Below are positions 60,371-64,000 of a DNA stretch of 64,000 nucleotides, one piece after another. A program made the position numbers and the translations under genes. The DNA is taken from assembly GCA_963734495.1 (NCBI GenBank), contig CAVTHK010000001.1:1-64000 (forward strand), in the 5' to 3' direction. Every line of letters starts with the position of its first letter. Positions within the stretch are counted from its first letter, which is position 1. This DNA is from an uncultured Spirochaetota bacterium. GTDB taxonomy: Bacteria > Spirochaetota > Spirochaetia > SZUA-6 > CAVTHK01. A model generated the notes under the pieces. That model searched no databases, was not told the DNA's origin, and worked only from the letters and a program-made list of their open reading frames with translations.

Positions 60371-61534
60371 ATGATGGGCCGCATGGACAGGATCCGCACG
60401 CTCACAAAGGGACCGCGGTCCCACTTCTACGGCTACTACGGCTTCAACCCGTGGGACGCGACGGGCCGCCTTCACCTCGCGCTCGAGACCGACTTCGACC
60501 GGAGGGCGCCGCTCGCGAACGACTCGGCGCGCGTGGGCGTGGTGGACCGCGACAGCGGCGAGTTCCGCGCGCTCGCCGAGACGAGGGCCTTCAATTTTCA
60601 ACAGGGGAGCATGCTCCACTGGATCGACGCGGGCTTTGGCGAGGAGATCACGTACAACGACTGGGACGCGGGCGTCGTGATCTCGCGCGCGCTCGACCCG
60701 AAGACCGGGCGCACGCGCCGCATCAGCCGCGCGGTCACCGACGTGGCGCCCGACCGGCGCACGGGGCTCGGCGTCGACTACCGCAGGCTCTACCACTGCC
60801 GCAAGGTCGTCGGCTACGCGAACACGGCCGACGGCCCGGTCGATCCCGCGCCCGAGGACAACGGCATCTGGCTGATCGACCTGGTGAGCGGCGCGAGCCG
60901 GCTCGTGCTCTCGATCGCGACGGTGGCCCGCGCCGCCGGCGTCAAGCCGACCGCCGAGACCCCGATCTGGATCAACCACGTCACGTTCAACCCGAGCGGC
61001 ACGCGCGTGCTGTTCCTGTTCCGCATGCGCACGGGACCGGCGAACAACGAATGGACCACTTCGTTCTGGACCGTGAACCCCGACGGCTCCGGGCTCGAGT
61101 GCCGGATCCCGCTCGGCGGCTGGGTCTCGCACTACGCCTGGCAGGACGACCGGCAGCTCCTCGTCACGACCGACATGCAGGGCGAGAAAGGCTTCCTGCT
61201 GATGGAGGACCGCACGCCCCGCTGGCGCCGCTTCGGGGAGGGGGCGATGCCCTCCGACGGCCACGCGTGCTACTCGCCCGACCGCCGCTGGGTCGTCTGC
61301 GACACCTACCCGCGCGGCTCCGGCCGCGAGCAGGAGCTCCTGCTCTACCACCCGGAATCGCAGGAGAAGGTGGTCCTCGGAAAGTTCGTCTCCGAGCCGG
61401 TGTTCACCGGTGACGTGCGCTGCGACCTGCACCCGCGGTGGTCCGCGGACGGCCGCAGCGTCACGATCGACTCGGTGGCGGGCGGCGACCGGCAGGTCGT
61501 GCTGATCGACGTGAGCGACATCGTGGCGCGATGA
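60371..61534 (+). CDS. beta-propeller protein (TolB/oligogalacturonate-lyase-like)
   Basis: HFYGYY, AFNFQQGSML, DGHACYSPD, RCDLHPRWS. Confidence 0.7.
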   Translation: MMGRMDRIRTLTKGPRSHFYGYYGFNPWDATGRLHLALETDFDRRAPLANDSARVGVVDRDSGEFRALAETRAFNFQQGSMLHWIDAGFGEEITYNDWDAGVVISRALDPKTGRTRRISRAVTDVAPDRRTGLGVDYRRLYHCRKVVGYANTADGPVDPAPEDNGIWLIDLVSGASRLVLSIATVARAAGVKPTAETPIWINHVTFNPSGTRVLFLFRMRTGPANNEWTTSFWTVNPDGSGLECRIPLGGWVSHYAWQDDRQLLVTTDMQGEKGFLLMEDRTPRWRRFGEGAMPSDGHACYSPDRRWVVCDTYPRGSGREQELLLYHPESQEKVVLGKFVSEPVFTGDVRCDLHPRWSADGRSVTIDSVAGGDRQVVLIDVSDIVAR

Positions 61535-61625
61535 CCGCTTTTCCCGACCCCGCCCGCCGTGCTATTCTCGTGGGGCCCATGAAGCCCCATGACCCTGGGC
61601 GACCCTGCACCACGGGGCGGCCCTG

Positions 61626-62553
61626 ATGACCCTGCAGGAGCGCTGGCATCGCCAGCTCGCTCGCTACCGCTACTACAGGCAGATCTACCTGCTCTGCTCG
61701 CCTCGGGCTGATCTACTTCGCGGTCTTCAAGCTGGCCCCGCTGTGGGGGCTCGCCGTGGCGTTCGTGGACTTCAGCCCCTACAAGGGCGTGCTCGGCAGC
61801 CCCTGGGTGGGTTTCAAGCACTTCATCGACTTCTTCAACAGCCGGTACTTCCACGCAGATGCTGCGCAACACCCTGGTCATCAACCTGATGAACCTGGTG
61901 TTCTTCTTTCCCGCGCCGATCGCCCTCGCGCGTCCTGCTCAACGAGATCCGCAGCGAGCGCTTCAAGCGCCTCAACCAGACGCTGCTCTACATGCCCCAC
62001 TTCATGTCGTGGGTCGTCATCACCGGGCTCACCTTCTTCATCCTCTCGGTCGACGTCGGGCCTGGTGAACAAGGCGATCGTCGCGCTGGGCGGCGAGAGG
62101 ATCTCGTTCCTGTCCAACAAGCGTCTCTTCTGGTGGATCGTGCTCGCGCAGAACATCTGGCGCGAGATCGGCTGGGGCACGATCATCTTTCTCGCGTCGA
62201 TCTCGCAGATCGACCCTTCGCTCTACGAGGCGGCGACCATCGACGGCGCGGGGCGCGTGCAGCAGATCTTCCGCATCACGCTGCCTTCGATCCTGCCGAC
62301 GATCGTGGTTCTCTTCATCCTGCGGATGGGCCGCATCATGGAGGTGAGCTTCGAGCAGATCCTGCTGATGTACAACCCGTACGTGCGGGAGGTGGCCGAG
62401 GTCTTCGACACCTACGCCTACACCCTGGGCGTGCAGCAGGGCAACTTCAGCATCGGCGTGACGGTCGGGATCTGCAAGAGCTTGATCGGCCTGGCCATGG
62501 TGGTCGCATCCAACGCCGTCATCAAGCGACTCGGCCAGGAAGGCATCTACTGA
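61626..62553 (+). CDS. sugar ABC permease (several frameshifts)
   Basis: SPWVGFKHF, YMPHFMSW and LYEAATIDGA spread over frames. Confidence 0.8.
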
Positions 62554-62580
62554 TGTTCCCGCTGAGGAGGGTCCGCTAGC

Positions 62581-63461
62581 GTGGCCGTCAGACGCTTTTC
62601 CCTGCTCGACCTCTTCGCGAACGTCGTGGTCACGGTGATCCACGGCTGGTGTGCATCGTGCCGTTCATCTACGTCGTGAGCGTGTCGCTGACCGATCCCT
62701 CCGTGTACGTGCCCTTCCGGCTGGAGATCATCCCGCGCAAGATCTCGTTCGACGATCTACCGCTACATCCTCTCGACGCCGCAGTTCCTGAGCGCGCTCA
62801 AGAGCACGGTCTACATCACGGTCGCTCGGGACGATCATCAACATCGTCGTCACCTTCTCCATGGCGTGGGGCCTGACCAAGCGGCGAGCTGCCTCACCGC
62901 AGGATCATCATGGGGGTGGTGATCTTCGCCCTGCTCTTCGACGTGGGGCTGATCCCGAACTACCTGCTCGTGCGCTCGCTGGGCCTGATGAACACCTACT
63001 GGTCCATCTTCCTGCCCGTGGCGACCAACTCCTGGAGCCTCATCGTGGCGCGGAGCTTTCTCGACAGCATCCCCGGCGAGCTCGAGGAGTCGGCCAAGAT
63101 CGACGGCTGCTCGGACATCACGATCTTCGCGCGCATCATCATGCCGCTGTCGGCCGCGGCGGTGGCGACGCTGACGCTGTTCTTCGCGGTCGGCCACTGG
63201 AACGTCTACGTGCGGCCGATGATCTACATCTCGGACAGCGCCAAGCGGACGCTGCAGGTCTACGTGCGCTCGCTCGTCGTGGACGCTTCCGTGGGCGGAG
63301 CGGGCAACGCCCAGTCGCTCGGTCTCGAGGAGGACGCGCTGCCGTCGGAGACGATCCGTCTCGCGACCGTCGTGCTGGCGATGCTGCCGATCCTCATCGT
63401 CTACCCGTTCCTGCAGCGCTATTTCATGAAAGGCGTGATGCTGGGCTCGGTCAAGGGGTGA
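62581..63461 (+). CDS. sugar ABC permease (frameshifted)
   Basis: GLIPNYLLV, LEESAKIDG, YPFLQRYFMKG. Confidence 0.8.
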
Positions 63462-63710
63462 CCCCCAAGGGTCGAGGGACCGCGGATGCAGGGGCTGCCC
63501 GTGAGCCCGGACAACAGGACCGCCGGGGGTCCGGAGCGCCTTCGCGGCGCGCCTCGGAGGAGGGTAGGGGCAATCGAGCGCGCGCGAAATGCCCGCTCGG
63601 CGTCAACAGAGGGAAACCACCGGCTGTATAGCCGGGACTTTGAATCAAGCGGGCCTCCCGGGTGCGGGAGGCCCGGGACCTGGCGGGGACGCCAGGTCGA
63701 AGGAGGATTC

Positions 63711-64000
63711 GTGAACAAGGTACTCGCAGCGATCGTCTGCCTGTTCCTGGTCGCGGCCAGTTCGCCATGGCCGCGGGCAGCGGCGAGACCGCCGGCCGCG
63801 GGAGCCACGGGCGGACCGGTCAAGATCAGGGGAATGGCCAACCAGTACAAGTACGCGCCCGCCCAAGGACAGCGAGTTCTGGAAGGCCATGGAGAAGCGG
63901 TACAACGTCGACTACACGGTCGACTGGGTCCCCAACGACAGCTACAACGAGAAGGTCGACCTCGTCCTCGCTTCGGGCGACCTGCCCGACACCATGCAGG
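63711..64000 (+). CDS. sugar ABC substrate-binding protein (partial, frameshifted)
   Basis: GTG after AGGAGG; signal peptide; LVLASGDLPD at the window edge. Confidence 0.75.
   Translation, partial: MNKVLAAIVCLFLVAASSPWPRAAARPPAAGATGGPVKIRGMANQYKYAPAQGQRVLEGHGEAVQRRLHGRLGPQRQLQREGRPRPRFGRPARHHA

Noticed and set aside
18180-64000. Multiple frameshifted genes as genome decay or programmed frameshifting
   Set aside because: Scattered small shifts in otherwise intact genes (slyD, URO-D family, Fn3 lipoprotein, permeases) fit long-read error better; read-level checking is needed.

Overview
High-GC bacterial DNA; gene content is loosely Spirochaetia-like (inference only). Bases 1-18 kb hold an integron: intI (+ strand, about 16762-18042), attI near 16600, and at least 12 minus-strand cassettes separated by 11 related attC sites of about 113-124 bp. 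Four attC sites carry an IS110-family (IS1111-type) element inserted at the same TG dinucleotide. The element's 3' non-coding region folds into two guide loops, one matching the attC target and one matching the element's own end (bridge/seekRNA-like). Which attC sites are occupied largely tracks how well they match the guide. Two tandem ORF-less cassettes have their own attC variant and extensive conserved secondary structure, making them candidate structured-ncRNA cassettes. The rest is chromosomal: slyD, RRM protein, sulfatase, asparaginase, rsgA-RNHCP, a MoxR-VWA operon, a fluoride riboswitch-led DUF6062/cation:proton antiporter unit split by a three-recombinase RIT element, a GH78 rhamnosidase, sugar ABC transporters, a penicillin acylase and cell-envelope glycosylation genes. 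Many small frameshifts suggest long-read indel errors.
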